A stretch of 64,000 bases of DNA, taken from Basidiobolus meristosporus CBS 931.73. Lineage: Eukaryota; Fungi; Basidiobolomycota. The number at the start of each line of letters is the position of its first letter. Within the stretch, counting starts at the first letter, position 1. Where the stretch lies: the NCBI GenBank assembly GCA_002104905.1, contig MCFE01000356.1, forward strand, positions 23,931 to 87,930. The letters are read 5' to 3'. This document shows, piece after piece, positions 23,309-38,139 of this stretch. The position numbers were made by a program, and so were the translations under genes. Under the pieces are notes generated by a model that was not told the origin of the DNA, did no database searches, and worked only from the letters and a program-made list of their open reading frames with translations.

Positions 23309-25692
23309 ATGGATAGTCAACGTCGTTCTACACACAGATATAACCGGTCACGCTCACCGCCACGTTCCCATTCCAAACAACGTAGCAACAGACATGATCG
23401 TGAGGTGGGTAGCGATCTGACCAATTCTCCTCGTAAGCGTGAGCGAGATGGAAGCTCTTACCATTCAACCCGTTCTAGTTCCCGCTATTCCCCCGAACGT
23501 AAACATAGGCCCAGATCTCGTTCCAGACACTCTAGAGATGATCAGTCTAGGCGGAGACAACAAACTTCTCGGAGTGATCATTATTCGCCGCCAAAAGACA
23601 AGTACAATGAGCGCTCCGGTGATCGTAGAAGAAGCGAGCCACGTCAAAGAGGGAATGAAAGAGATTCACATGACAAGAAAGGCGACGACTCAAAAGAGAA
23701 CCTGGACAAGGAAAGCTCACAAAACTCGACAGCTCGTAAAAATCGTGACCGGAAAAAGGAGTCGAAAGATAAACCGGTACCAACGCGGTCAACAGAGAGG
23801 ACAGCCAAGAGGGCATCCATTTCCCCCAAGGAATATACCAGAAAAAGCACCAGGGAATACTCATCTAGATCAAGCAAGACAACTACTACCGAGACTTCTG
23901 AAAAGCGAGAAAAGTATGATTGCAAGGAGCAAACGGAGAGTTCACGTAATCGTAAAAAAAGGGGATCACCGCCAGCATCAAATCGAAGTCCGTCCAAGAG
24001 AGCCAAGCTTTCTGACAAGATAGAAGGGTCTGGGCTAGCATCGGGCGGCACAGCTTCTAACGACAAGTCCAAATCAGACAAAAGCGAAAGAAGCACAAAG
24101 GAAGATATCTACGAGAGATTGGAACAAGTTGGCGAAGGAACATATGGGTAAGTATCTGCGGTGTTAACTATATCCTATTGATATGCAACCTCTGTTCCTC
24201 ACCGACACCAAAACCATAGCAAGGTTTTCAAGGCACGGAATATCACGTCGAACACGGTGGTGGCTCTGAAGAGAATCAAAGTAGATTCGGAGAAGGATGG
24301 GGTAGGCTATCATATCCAGTTGGTACGAAAAACGTGTTCCTAATGATTGAGCATCGTACTCTAGTTTCCACTAACGGCGCTTCGAGAGATCAAGCTACTT
24401 CAAAGCTTGAGCCACCAGAACATTATCCAGCTGCCAGAGATCTCCTTTCATAAAGGTTTGTATGTATTCTGGACTGAGACACGCTGTGGTATACACATAT
24501 ATAAGCTGGCTCCCATACAGGATCCCTCTATATGGTCTTCGAGTACATGGATTACGACTTGACGGGCTTCCTTGCTCATCCCGGTTTGACGCTGAGCACA
24601 GCTCATATCAAGCGTATAATGGTTCAAATTCTACGTGGAATCAAATATCTCCACCAGAATGGCGTATTGCATCGAGATCTTAAAGGTAACGTAGGATGCG
24701 CAACCGATGAGTTCGAATGTTCTTAACCGGCTTTTCCCGTCAGCATCCAACCTGCTCTTAAACAAGCGCGGTCAGCTAAAACTGGCAGATTTTGGGCTCG
24801 CCCGCATATTCGAGAAATGCAAGAATAACCAATACACAAACCGGGTCATTACATTGTGGTACCGGCCTCCTGAGTTACTCTTGGGCGGGACCAAGTACGG
24901 CCCTGAGGTAGACATGTGGAGCGTTGGGTACATCAAATAGCCTTGACTCTGTGTGTAGGCGATGGTGTGATACTAACAGCCTGGTCTATCAACAGGTGCA
25001 TCATGATGGAGCTATTTCTTCGCAAGCCCTTGTTCCAAGGGAAGGACGAAATCTCGCAACTACAGCTGATCTACGATCTACTTGGTACGCCGACCCCTGA
25101 GAGCTGGCCTACAATATCGAAGCTTCCGTGGTACGCTCTAGTCAAGCCCAAAGAGGTGAAGAAGAGGCGATTCGAAGCTGATTTTCAAGAGTAATTTGCC
25201 TAAACACCCATGGATGCACCCGACTCCCATCTAATACATCGGTTGTTATTGTTTCATGCCAAACAGCCTTCTATCACCGGAAGCATTTAGCTTGGTTTCA
25301 TCTCTGTTGTCGATGAATCCGACTGAACGACCTTCGGCTGAACAAGCACTGCAACACAAGTACTTTACATCTGAGAAGCCAGGCCCTTGCGAATACAAAG
25401 AGTAAGCAAGTTCCTCAACATTGCACACCCCTCACCCACCTAACCCCTAGCTCGCAGCTTCCCCAAGCTGGAGGGCGATTGGCACGAGTTTGAAGCAAAG
25501 GAGATGAGAAAGAAAAATCAGAAGCAGAACCTTGATGACCTAGCGCCTCGCCCTTCGCACGTAAGCAAGACATCCCAAGATTCCTCGGAACAACGTCACA
25601 AACATCCCTACAAAGAACACACTCTCCACAGCCGATCCCCCAAATCAGCAGCCCACCAACGATTGGCTTACTCAAGAAAACAAGCAACGTAG
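23309..25692 (+). CDS. CTK1: CTD kinase Ctk1/Lsk1 (CDK12/13-like) with RS-rich N-terminus, multi-exon
   Basis: [57 protein letters not shown]; Arg/Ser-rich first exon. Confidence 0.92.
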
Positions 25693-25893
25693 TGCTCCTG
25701 GCCCACATTAATTCTGTAGCATATCTCTTGATCCCTTTTCTCAGTTCTAGCATCCCGCCATTTCAACCATCCAATAGATTACATGATGAGACAATATAGC
25801 ATTTACATATGAAATTTAGTAAATAGTTTTGTATCGTATACATAGACTGCGGGCATGGGTTTACATAGAGGGGTCCTTTAAATTAATGTAAAG

Positions 25894-26849
25894 CTAGGCG
25901 ATATTGGCCAAGTAATCTTTAACCTCGCTAACGGTTAGCTTTCTGAACTTGCGATGCTCCTCGGAGTCTCCGCCGCCAATAACCCCTATCTCGATGGAGT
26001 GCTCAGTCATCTCGCCCTCATATCCTTCTTTCAATGTGAGGATGGCAGTATGGATCGCGTCGTCTAATTCCATCTCCTCATTATATCTTGGTTTAAGGTC
26101 ATGTTACTCGGCGTTCCAAAATTTCAAACATTCTTGTATTATCGACAATGCATACCTCTTTTCAAGGAAGGTCTTGGCGTTGACCATGTTCTTGCCGATA
26201 GCGGTAGCCTTCCATGCCCAGTAAGAGCCCGAGGGATCAACTTGATAGAGTGAGGGGCCCTTTTCATCATAACCGGCGACCAGTAGAGACACACCGAATG
26301 GGCGTACACCTCTAATAGTGCGATAACAGTTCAGTAAATGTAGAAGAGCATGACTTGTACCTGAATACATACCCTCGTTGAGTGAACTCCTGCATCACAC
26401 CGGCAACATCCTTCACCAACATGGTGTTTGGTGGATCTTCTTGGTAAACCCGACGGTAAACTTGTGCGCTTTTTCTAGCTTTATTTACTAACACTCTAGC
26501 ATCGGGGCCCATACCCGAATATACTAGACCGACATTGGGGCATATAGTGGAGATTTTCTCCACAGTGGTGGAATCGATTAGAGGAGAGGCGGTTTTCTTT
26601 TCAGTAGCAATGACTATTCCGTTCGCGGCTATTCGAAACAATAACATTAGGATTGGTTGGGCAAAGCGGAAATGAATCTCGCATAGGTCTCAAACATTAT
26701 ACACAGAACGACCAAGAAGGGGGAATGAACGCACCTTTGATCCCGATACTAGTAACACCCTGAGCAACAGCGTTAAGAGCGTATTCTATCTGGACAAGCT
26801 TTCCAGATGGAGAGAAAGTGGTAAGGGAGAAACTGTAACGATCCGACAT
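25894..26849 (-). CDS. PRE8: 20S proteasome subunit alpha-2, multi-exon
   Basis: [84 protein letters not shown]. Confidence 0.96.
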
Positions 26850-27455
26850 AATGTATGGTTTTCTCGTCTAAATACTCAAAACCAACTATTATGAATACTT
26901 CACACCCTGCCACTCTACAAAACTCTTGAATTGCTAATACGCATTGCTACGATGATTACGTCTTACCCTCATGGTCCCCTGTTGTAGAAATTTTTTGGCT
27001 AACTGAATGAGTAAGATGTTGGGTTAGTTGGCTAAATGAAAATCAACCTTGTCAAGTGGAATGATTTTGGCAGATCGGGGCAGATTTGTGAGGATAACCA
27101 TGTTAATGAAATTAAACCTACGAAATCTTCCTGAAAAACCATAGGATTCAAATATGCTCGGCCATCCTGATCAGCCAATCCTTCAGGGCCAACTCATTGG
27201 CGGGTAGTAAGGTAGTGCCACGTATTAGGTGAATTAGGGTAATGCATCAGAACATTACTCGTTTATGCTAATATAATTTTGGTATCCTAATATGTGGAGT
27301 ACCAGTCCTTAATCTATCATTCCACCGACTTGAACTTGAGCTTAACAACCGTTCCTCTCCCCTTTTTATTTCAGTTCCAATTCACTTGCATAGAACCCTA
27401 GTGTACGTGCTCATCAAGTAAAAATCCCCATTTTCAGTGACTTGTGCATTTTCGA

Positions 27456-30400
27456 ATGAAGTTCAAGGAAATCAAACGTACATCAACTCTGGCCTGGAGT
27501 CCACATCAAAACCAGACCTTCATCGCGACTGGTACTGTGGCAGGTGCTCTTGATGCTTCTTTTTCCAGCACCACTGAGCTAGAGATTTTCAAGCTGGACC
27601 TCAGCGACAAGACTCCCGTGGTAGATGAATGGAAGCCAGAGGTTGTTATCAGTAGTGAGGCCAGGTATGCGTTGGTTGGTGTTCAGCTTTCGCCAGGGTA
27701 ATTCTAATCGGTCCCATTCTAGGTTCAACCGTCTTGCCTGGGGTGGTATAACCGAAGATAAGCCTCACGGCATTCTTGCTGGTGGTCTGGAAAGTGGTGA
27801 ATTAGTCTTATGGAACGCGGGTGATCTCATCCAGGGCTCAAAGTAAGTGGCAACGGATATCAAACACCGCTTTGCGCTCTATCCTAATTGCTCTTTAATG
27901 TCAATAGAGATTCGGAAAAAGCTCTATTGTTGCGTAACTCAAGCCACTCCGGCTCTGTTAGCGGACTGGAGTTCAATCCATTCCAGTCAAATCTATTAGC
28001 TTCCGGAGCTGGTAACGGCGAGGTAAAGCTCATTTTGGCATAATATTTAGTATGGAAGTGCACTAACAAGTTATCTATACTAGATCTTTATATGGGATCT
28101 GAGCAACCCAACCAAGCCTTATTCACCCGGACCACGCTCTCAAAGACTTGATGATATCACCAGCTTGTCTTGGAACAATCAGGTTCAACACATCTTGGCC
28201 ACCTCCTCCACCACAGGATATACCGTTGTTTGGGATCTGAAGAACCGCAGAGAGGTTATGCACTTGGCCTATCCAGGCATGTCAAATATGAGTGCGTTTG
28301 GTGGGGGAAGACGAGGAATCACTGCAGTTGCTTGGAATCCTGATAACGTAAGCACTTATATCTGGCTCACTTATAATTAACCACCTAATCGTCTTCACCC
28401 TTGATTTGCAGGCCACCCAGCTTGTAACAGCCTCTGAGGATGACAGCAACCCCACCATCATGATGTGGGATCTAAGAAACGCCCATGCACCCGAGAAGGT
28501 ATCAAGATTTTGTTGAAATCACACAATGCATCCGGATTATCTAACGCACGTCCACAGATCTTGTCTGGCCATACAAAAGGCATTCTTTCTTTATCGTGGT
28601 GTAAGATGGATTCTGATCTTTTGTTGAGTTCTGGCAAAGATTGCAGAACCCTCTGCTGGAATCCAAGAGTTGGTGAAGTAGTAGGAGAGGTAACAATTCG
28701 ATCGATATAGTTCGTACTTTCTTTCCCGGCCAATGCTTACCAGTAATTCTATTAGTTACCCCAAAGCTCAAACTGGACTTTTGATGTTCAATGGTGTCCC
28801 AGAAACCCTAATTTGCTGAGTACCGCCTCCTTCGATGGCCAGGTATTTGTCGTTTCATACGTCTGATGTTGTGGTGATGAACAGATTTTGATATTTTGCA
28901 TTCCGTATCAAGATTAATATCTTCTCATTGCAATCCGCCTCTTCTGAAGCTGCATCATTAAACAATGCACTAGAGGCTGAGCAACCCGGGGATCCTTTTG
29001 CTGCCCAAAGCAGTCCTACCACCACTGCACCATCATTCACGCTGAAACAGGCTCCAAAATGGTTTAGACCTCCCGTTGGTGCTACTTTTGCATTCGGTGG
29101 AAAGCTTGTAATGTTTAGGAATACACACGCTTCTCAAAACCCCGCCCCACAAATGGTAACCATCGCAGATGCTGTTACTGAGCCAGAGGTTGTTCAACGC
29201 TCGAAGGAGTTAGAGAATGCTCTTGAATCTGGAAATATTCAAGAATTTTGTGAAAAGCGTTCGCAAACAATGAATCAGAACGAGCAAGAAAATTGGAAGA
29301 TCCTGAGAATACTTTTCGAAAGCGACGCTAGAGATCAACTGGTCAAACATCTAGGTTTTGAGAAGGCGGAGCTTATCTCTCAAGTGACGGAGAAGTTTGG
29401 TAAACTGGATTTCGCAGATAAAGTCAGTGCCGAATCTAATGAAGTGTCCGCTGACAAAGAAGAGGCTTCTCCAGAGCTGAAGGCCAGTGAAACTACGGAG
29501 GCTTCAGCGGAGACCGTTCCAGAGGAGGATAAGCCCGAGGGCAAAGAAAGCGTATCAGAACTATTCTCCACCTCCGGTGGTGATGACAATGCTGCTCGCA
29601 ATGATTTCTTCAACGAACAGACTGAGCAGCCTGTTGACTCCAGTTCCTCGGAGCTCACCAAGAAAAAGCCAGTCGTGAAATCCCCATTCAAGATCAACCC
29701 GCAAGAAAACACTGACGTTGATCAACTCGTCACTCGCGCGATTACTTTGGGTGATTTTGAATCTGCGGTTAGAATTTGCCTGGAAGAAGATAGATTGTCC
29801 GACGCCCTTATTCTTGCTGTTTGTGGTGGTACTGAGTTATTGACTCGCACACAGGAAGCCTACTTCAAGCGTATGAGCAAAACCACTCCTTATATTCGCG
29901 TACTTCAAAGTGTGATTACTGGCGATTTGAACGACGTTGTGGAGAACGCTGACCTAAGCGAATGGAATGAGATTCTTGTCATCCTATGCACATATTCGCG
30001 TGCTGAGGAGTTTGCAGGGCTTTGCGAAAAATTAGGCCAAAGAATTGAAGCTGAATGGTTGAAGTTGGCCCAAGACAAAGACTCTGAGGAGACCCTCGGT
30101 GAGCTTAGACAGCACGCAGTTCTTTGTTACCTTGCAGCCGGAAATATCGAAAGAGTAGTTGACATCTGGATTGCTCAGTATAAGGAGATTGAAGCCTCAA
30201 CCATCAAGTCTCTTGAAAACAGTGAAGATGGCGAAAAGTCCGGATCAAGATATTCGTGCCATGCGACTCTGTTGCAGGATTTTATTGAAAAGATTTCCGT
30301 TTTCAAGAAGGCAGTAGAGAAGGAGGAGCCTACGGCCGATGCTGCTGAAGCTGATAGCAATGACGATCAAAAGCACACGCTCCCTACTCAAAAACTTGCT

Positions 30401-32203
30401 CCCTTGTATGAGAAGTATTTAGAATATGCAGAGCTAATGATATCTCAAGGACAACTCTCCACTGCTGTCAAATATATAAATCGTGCGCCCGATAACGAAG
30501 CTGATCATGGCGTTGGTCTCGAGAATTTCTACACTGTTCTCAGGGAGCGGCTCTATTATTCAGGCGTGGATGTTTCTGGTATGACTGCACCCCAGTTCCC
30601 CTTCGAGCCTGTCTTCATAGGTGGGGAGGGCGAATATCCTCAATATGCTGATACTCAGGTTGCTGAACCCCAACCTGAACCAGTCCCGGCCGTCAGCACT
30701 AATGCGAACGTTAATACTGTGCCTGCTGCCACCACAAACGCTGTACCTGGATCTCAAGTCCCGTCGGTTGATTCTGGATTCCAATCAGCACAACAATCGC
30801 AACAGCAGATGTACCATCAAAACCCATCCTACGGTAGCCAATATAATTATCAGACGCAAGCTCGACCATCAGCATATCAGCCTGGGTATGTTCCCCAGCC
30901 TGTACAGAACACAATGAACACCTCGACACCATACGATAGTTACGGCAATTCCACAAGTTATAACTCTGGTCCCTACGGCGGATATCAACAACAACAGCAG
31001 CAACCAGTCCAACAACCATTTGTTCCTGGCTACAATGCTCCTTCCACATACAACTCGGGCTACGCTACTCAGCCGCCCCAAGCTGCCCGTGGCCCATCAC
31101 CCTCGATCCCACCTTCACAACAACGAAATATTCCTGCCTGGAATGATCCTCCCATGCAAACATTGTCCACTCCCGTCAAGAGAAACCCAACACCCAAGGT
31201 GAATCCCATTACTTCACCCTTCCCCAATGCCCCTGGGGCCTCTTCACCCAACCAGCCTCCAGTATCACCACCCATGGGTGGCCGTACTCTCCCACCACCT
31301 CCGATGACCTCGCACTCAAATGCAGGCTTTCCAAATCAAACTTCTGAGCCTCAACCCCAACAGTTTGCAAGCAATAATCAAGCAAGAAACCCGCAACAGC
31401 CCAGTGCTATGTACGGAGCTCCCCAATACAATACAGCGGTTACTCCTGGAGTCCCTTCATCTGGCGTACCCGGTTACGGCAGTGGATTCAACAACGGCAT
31501 GAATAACGCGCAAGGAAGACCATACCAGCCATCTATGCCAAATGCTGCTTCCCAGATGGTACCCAACCCACCATCGGCAGCCCAACAACCGGCCCCTCCG
31601 GCCTCATTCAATCCACCCCAAAAGACTGTGTCTCCTGCGCCACAGGCTCCCCCGAAGCCAAAATATCGTAAGTACAGGAAATCAGTCTGACCACCAACCC
31701 TATCACAAGCTAAACTACTTTTTTGCTGCCCCTCAGCACCTGGTGATCGTTCCAAAATCCCAGCTGCCCATAAGCCGATCTTCTCCATGCTTAGCAACGA
31801 GTTGCAACGCATCAAGCAGAGTGCACCTGTAAGATAAGATTCATTTTTGTGAAGCAAGCTGGCCATGCATTTTCTAATCGGATGCCATTCAAGCCCAACC
31901 AAAAGAAGAAGGTGGATGATGTCGAAAAGCGGTTGAACAACCTGTTTGATGCTTTGAATTACGAGCAGCTCAACTCAGATGTGATCGACCAAATGCTTGC
32001 CCTGACCCAAGGTTTGTATTAGCACCCAGTGACCCACGCAAGCTCCATACATCTAACACCTTTGGACATTAGCATTGGAGATGCGTGATTTCAACACAGC
32101 CCAAAAGATCCATGAAGGCTTGGTAAAGTCCCATACTGTGGAACCCTGGATGGTTGGTGTGAAGTTCCTTATTGTGATGGTGCGGGAAAGCTGTGGCATG
32201 TAA
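27456..32203 (+). CDS. SEC31: COPII outer coat protein Sec31, multi-exon
   Basis: [32 protein letters not shown]40 repeats, [22 protein letters not shown]1 helical region, Pro-rich segment with WNDPP, C-terminal GDRSKIP...KRLNNLFD. Confidence 0.96.
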
Positions 32204-32431
32204 AGCTATCGCGCATGTATCGATTTCGCTTAGTATGATTATCCCAACTTCTCAAGTAGATATATATGTTGTTGAACTTTATATTTATCAGCAAAACACT
32301 AATAAATGTTCAGAGGGGCATCTCAAATGTGTACAAAATTAATGGCCGTTCCATTGGTGTATACATACATAGAGGGGGGGGGGAGTGAATTCTACAAACG
32401 GAGGGGGATGAATGCTACACTGGGTCGACGG

Positions 32432-33481
32432 TCATACTTTTTCGGCCGCGTCTTTGGATTTCATGAATTCCTTCTGTTTGGACTCTAAATCTTTGATGTG
32501 GGTGTAGTACGCACTACCGGCTAGAATGATGCCGATCCCGCAGATTCGTGAAGTGGTCAGAATCTCCTCGAAAAAGTATACGGCAAGGATGGTTTGTAGA
32601 ATCCCACGGACAGTCGACACGGTTATGTGTGCGACCGGCGTGGTTACCTTGATCTGCAAGAAGCCGGCAATGTTCGATAAGAATCCAAAGAATCCGGTAA
32701 TCAGTACGCCCACTATGAACGTTGAGACTTGCGCACGATTCTCTTGAGATCCGAATAACGAAAATAGGCCGGGGATTTCGCTATTCAGAAGGATTACAGG
32801 TACCAGAACGACCGCCGAAAGAAGAGTGTTGTAGTATACAAGCTCCATCGTGTTGTTATTCACAACCTCGAGCGACTTCTTGATGAGAATAGCATGGGTG
32901 GCAGTGGTTACACTGGAAATAACCCCGAATATGATCCCAGTAATGCAAGTGTTAAGGGAGTTCAGCTCTCCCAAAACCCCAATCAGGAAGCCACCACACA
33001 CCACAGCACACGCTGTGTTGACTGATGCTGAGCATCTGTTTTTGAGAACGATCCAACTCAGAATCAGGGTAAACGGCAGAGCCAGCGAGCGAACCACTTG
33101 GTAGAAAGACACGTCCAAATATTGTAAGCAAAGGGTATTGAAAGCGAGCCCAACCACATTGATGACGATCAATGGCATGAGTGAAATGCAGGTTCGGAAT
33201 TTCAGCTTGGGGATGACGAAAAGGTTAAAGGCGCCACTGACATGGAGGAGGCACACCACCAAGACGGTCTGAGCCCACAAGTAGGTTATTGGTACGGAGA
33301 TAACGTTTAAAACCCACTATAATTTGGGTGGTTGAGTCACAGGTCCTGTCAGTACACGAGTTTACCCACCTACTTTGTTGGTCAGAATCATCACAAGTCC
33401 GGTTGTTACGTAAAAGGACACCGAGAACGTGGTAAGTTTACGGTCCACCTGTTCGGCATCCTTGCTAACGTCGGAATCCAT
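32432..33481 (-). CDS. Nucleotide-sugar transporter (TPT/SLC35 family, GDP-fucose transporter-like), 2 exons
   Basis: ILTNK|WVLN, NTLCLQYLDVSFYQVVRSLALPF, YYNTLLS, QIKVTTPVAHITVSTVRG; about 10 TM segments. Confidence 0.85.
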
Positions 33482-34005
33482 TAAATTCGGAAGGTATATA
33501 AAGGGAAAGGCAGGTAAAAATGGTTAGAGGTAGAAGGATTAAAGGGCCCGTATACCACGAGAAAGCAAGCACGGGAAAATAGATGCCAAGGTGCAGATCA
33601 GAGGTCACCCATTGATTGTAAGCGCAGTAGATACAATGAGGTACACAATATCCAATAATTTGACCAATGATTCGTCCAGTATTGGATCCTCATTGTGTGT
33701 GAATGAAGTCAAGGGCGTCTTTTCACCTCAATGGTTTGCTTTGATGCCGTAGTTGGGTTATTATGGGAAGGTCATCTTATGTAGATCCAATTGGTTCATA
33801 ATGCCCAGGATTACCTAATGTCTTTGAAAGCGTTAAACCCTGATTCAAATGATAATCCTTGTTACACCACGGCCCGCAATTCTGGACATACATTTCATGC
33901 CATCCTCAATCCGGCAAGTGATGAAAAGAATATAAATGTTCTCGTTAATGCAATTCTGAATTTCATCCGATATCTATTCATTACTCCGTTTGTTTCCAAA
34001 CTTTT

Positions 34006-37000
34006 ATGAGCAATTCTAACACGGATACCTTGTCGCAAGGTTCCAGGAGCCGAAAGATGCCTCTTTTTGATTCGCCCAATACCTTATCTTTCTCGTCTAA
34101 CGAACTTGAGGTCATAGACTATAGTACGCTGGGCGTTCTTCGTGACCACAAGCCAAAGAATAAACCTAAGGGCAACCAGAAGCCTCGTCCAAAGGCCAAG
34201 AATCTACCCAACAAAGGCGGGGATTTGAAAGATAGCAAAGAGTTCAATGAAGACCACCATGCCGTTCCGTTCGATTACAGTACTCTAAATTCTCAGACCT
34301 CGCTCAGCCAATCGCCCAATATCAAGACCAGAAAGACCAATGCTCGCAAGGACAAAAAGGGGCTTAGCGGATTGGGTACAAATGTAGCCGGCCTCACGAA
34401 CGATACTATCCCGGTGCTAAATGAAAAGGACACCACGAAAACCCCAAAGAAAAAGAAAAAGGCTTCGACGGAGAAAAATATGCAGGAGGACCTTCACGAG
34501 GTTGAGGATCTCGCGCAATCCATGAGCAAAATCGATATAGCAGCCAAGCCTAACTCCTCTGGCCAACAAACCTCGGAGCTCCCAACAAAACTACCTTCAA
34601 AGCCTGAAAGCCAGAGCAGAGCTGCTCAATCCAAAACCCCAAAGAAAGGGAAGCAGACCCCACTAAAATCGAACTCAAAGAAGTCACTTGACAAACCTTC
34701 AGCCTCTTCCATAAGCGAGAAGTTGAAAGCGGAGGCGGCAATGGAGGTGGATGGGGCTGAAGTTATAGTGAAAGGTGAAAGCAGTCGAGGTGCTCCGAGA
34801 AAGAAATCCGCTAGCAAGCCAGCAGAGGATCTGGCAACTAAAGCTGAGAAAGAAGGGAATCGAAGCAAGAAAAACGAAACCAAAACACCACGCAAGCAAA
34901 TCCGGCAAAAGAAAGAAGCTGGAAGTAGCCAAACGCCGAAAGGTAGGAGCAGTAGTTGGGATCGTAATATCTTGTCGAGCCATCGAGATTTATTGTTTGT
35001 TGCCAATTAGCTGCTAGAAATGAGGAGTCCTCAAGCAAGCCAGTTGCCGATAAACCTTCAGGTAAAGCCTACTTAAATATCGATTCAAAGCTCTATCTAA
35101 TAATCAGACGATCGTCCAGCCACCGTTCAGAAACACAAGCAGAGGTCTGTGTACGAGAAATACTTGACCACCAAAGAATTGGCAGCTGGGTTGTCGCAGA
35201 ACACTATTTATCGTGGAAAATTGCGTATCAACAAGAGAAATCGCTCAGACGCTTACGTTATCTCCGACGCCTTTGACAACGATATTTATATCTGGGGCAC
35301 TAACCTCCGAAACCGTGCGCTGGAGGGAGACTCTGTTGCAGTCACTCTCTTGGAAGGGAGAAAGTTGGAGGATGTTAAAGAGCAGCGCGCCAAGCATGCC
35401 GAGAAACGAGGCCGTCAGTTGAATGACGGTAAGTGTGTTTCTTTCAGAACAACATCCATTGATCCCTTACTTAGATGTGTGAATAGAAGACGGCGGGAAA
35501 TTGCAATATGGCGAGGTTGTTTATATATATGAACGTGCCAATGGAAACCAGTACTCCGGAACACTGGTGCTTCAGAGGCCCAACGAAGCCAGTTCTCAAC
35601 ACAAAAAAGAGCTCAAATTCGTTTGGTTCATACCAACAGACAAACGCGTGCCGTATATCATAATCCCCATTCGAAACGTTCCAAAGGACTTCATCGCTGA
35701 CCCCGAGGCATACAGCAACCAATTACTGGTGGCTTCCATCCATGATTGGCCTGTCCATAGCATGCACCCCTTCGGGAAAGTTGTTCGCAAAATTGGGTCC
35801 ATCGGTAACCTTGCTGCGGAGACTGAGGCTCTTCTTGCGGACAACAATGTTCGCACTGAGGACTTTGGGCCCAAGGTAAAGGAGTGTCTGCCGAAGCTCC
35901 CATGGAGCATTCCCAAGAGCGAGTTCAAGGTGCGGAGAGATCTGCGACGTGAAAGAGTGTTTACCATCGATCCGGCCTCCGCAAAGGACTTGGACGACGC
36001 GGTTTCCTGTCGTAGGCTTCCTGACGGCAATCTTGAGATCGGTGTACATATTGCCGATGTAACCTACTTCGTTAAACCGGGAACTGCCTTGGACCGCGAG
36101 GCGAGACTAAGAGCAACCACGGTGTATCTTGTCGAGAAAGCTATACCGATGCTTCCTCATATCCTGTGCCAAGAGCTGTGTAGCTTAAACCCTGGTGTTG
36201 ATCGATTGGCCTTCTCTGTGATGTGGAAGATGTCACCCCAGGCGGAGGTACTAGATGTATGGTTCGGCAGAACCGTGATCAATTCTTGCTGCAGGCTCGC
36301 CTACGAACAAGCCCAAGAGGTCATCCTCGGGAAGCCTCTCGATCCAAGCATTACACTGTATGGCCAGCCAAAAGACGAGATCGAAACCGATATCAAGACC
36401 TTCTACCAGCTCTCGCAGATCATGCGTACTCGTCGGTTTGAGAGCGGCGCACTTTCAATCAACTCGATTAGACTTCATTTCGAGCTGAACTCAGACGGGA
36501 TTCCCACGTCATGCAACGTGTACGATATCAAAGACAGTAACCGTCTAATTGAGGAGTTTATGCTCCTTGCCAATATCAGCGTGGCCGAAAAAATATCAGC
36601 TGCCTACCCGGAACAGGCGTTTCTTCGTAGACACCCGTCGCCAGTTGAAAAGCGACTGCTTGAATTCACCAAGATCGCAGAAGAGCTGGGCTACGATATC
36701 GACATCGAGACAGCAGGAGCCCTCCAGAAATCATTGAACTCGATCGGATCGGTCTCCACCCAGCATGTTCTGAAAACGCTGTGCATAAAGCCGATGCAAC
36801 GGGCCAAGTACTTTTGTGCTGGATCCATAGAGCCAGAACGGTACCGCCATTATGCCTTGAATGTGCCGTTGTACACCCATTTTACGTCGCCCATTCGCCG
36901 ATATGCTGATGTGATTGTTCATCGAGAACTGCAAAGCGCATTGCTTGAGAAGGACCGATTCAACGAGTCCGCAGAGAAGATCGACGCAATTGCTAACCAC

Positions 37001-37720
37001 TGCAACAACAAGAAGGATTCGGCCAAAAATGCTCAAGAGACGAGCAGCCATATATACTTGGCAGTGTATTTGTACAACCTTACCCAGGCTTATGGGCCCA
37101 TCGTGTGCACCGCCATCGTCGTGGATGTGGTTGAAAATGGCTTTGATGTTTTGATACCCCAGTACGGGATTGAAAAGCGCATTTATCTCGACAAGCTTCC
37201 CATTGAGAATGCTACATGGGATTCGCAAAACAAAACCATCACGCTCAAGTGGAAGAAAGACACTCAGGTTGGTGCTGATCAAGACTCCGATGAGTTGCCA
37301 CTGGACCTCAGTATGGATGAGATTTGCTTTGAAGAAAGCAGCTGCGCCACTGCTGTTGAGAACGATTATTCGCATCTATCAAGTATGAATGATGCCGATT
37401 ATCTTGAGGAATGTTTCGACGACTCTGGGGAAGTACTTGTGGAAGACAATACTGACGAACTATACGAGAAATTGTCTGTATTTGAGCAAGGAGACAGCGA
37501 GGCTCAGCTACCATATGCCATTACTAAGCCCAAAGCACCTCAGAGCCAACTTCTACAGACTGAATTGAATTTCAACTTGCACGGAGACACCCAAACAATC
37601 AAGATACTTGGTCATGTCAATGCACTTGTCACCTCGGACATATCCGTTTCACCAGCAAACATCAATGTTTTGGCTGTCAACCCACTAGTTCCGTTGGACA
37701 AGACTGCCCTCTCGGACTGA
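34006..37720 (+). CDS. DIS3L2: RNB-family 3'-5' exoribonuclease Dis3L2 with Lys-rich disordered N-terminus, multi-exon
   Basis: GKLRINKRNRSDAYV, NRALEGDSV, FIPTDKRVP, FTIDPASAKDLDDA (catalytic Asp residues intact), LIEEFMLLAN, HYALNVPLYTHFTSPIRRYADVIVHR. Confidence 0.92.
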
Positions 37721-38139
37721 GCCTAAATCTGTGTCTCGAAACCACCGGCACTCAACGATGAAGGTCTTGTTCATGGGATTTGGTGGGGCCTGGCCACTCG
37801 ATGTTACAAGTTCGCAAAGCCTAGACTCAACCTAACTTGTATATTATGTATCTATCATATATTCTATTGACGTATTTTCCTTCAAGTCCCGCAACTTCCG
37901 AAGATATGTAAGTGTAGAGAATGATTATATACTATTCCCCTCACCTCTTCCGTCACCAACACCAACGCCAAATCCCTCCCTATTATCCTAAGAATCCATA
38001 AAAACCCGGCTACGGTGCGAGTTTATTTACCAAGCTAGTACTTCATCTTTGGCCATTTTGGTTTAGTGTGGATTTGGGGAGGAATATCGCCACTAAGCAT
38101 CATCAGCGAGGGTTAGTTACGCATCAAGCAGTGGTGAAT

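Noticed and set aside
26905-27225. TGCCAC motifs as Rpn4/PACE sites in the PRE8 promoter
   Set aside because: Only 6-bp partial matches to GGTGGCAAA
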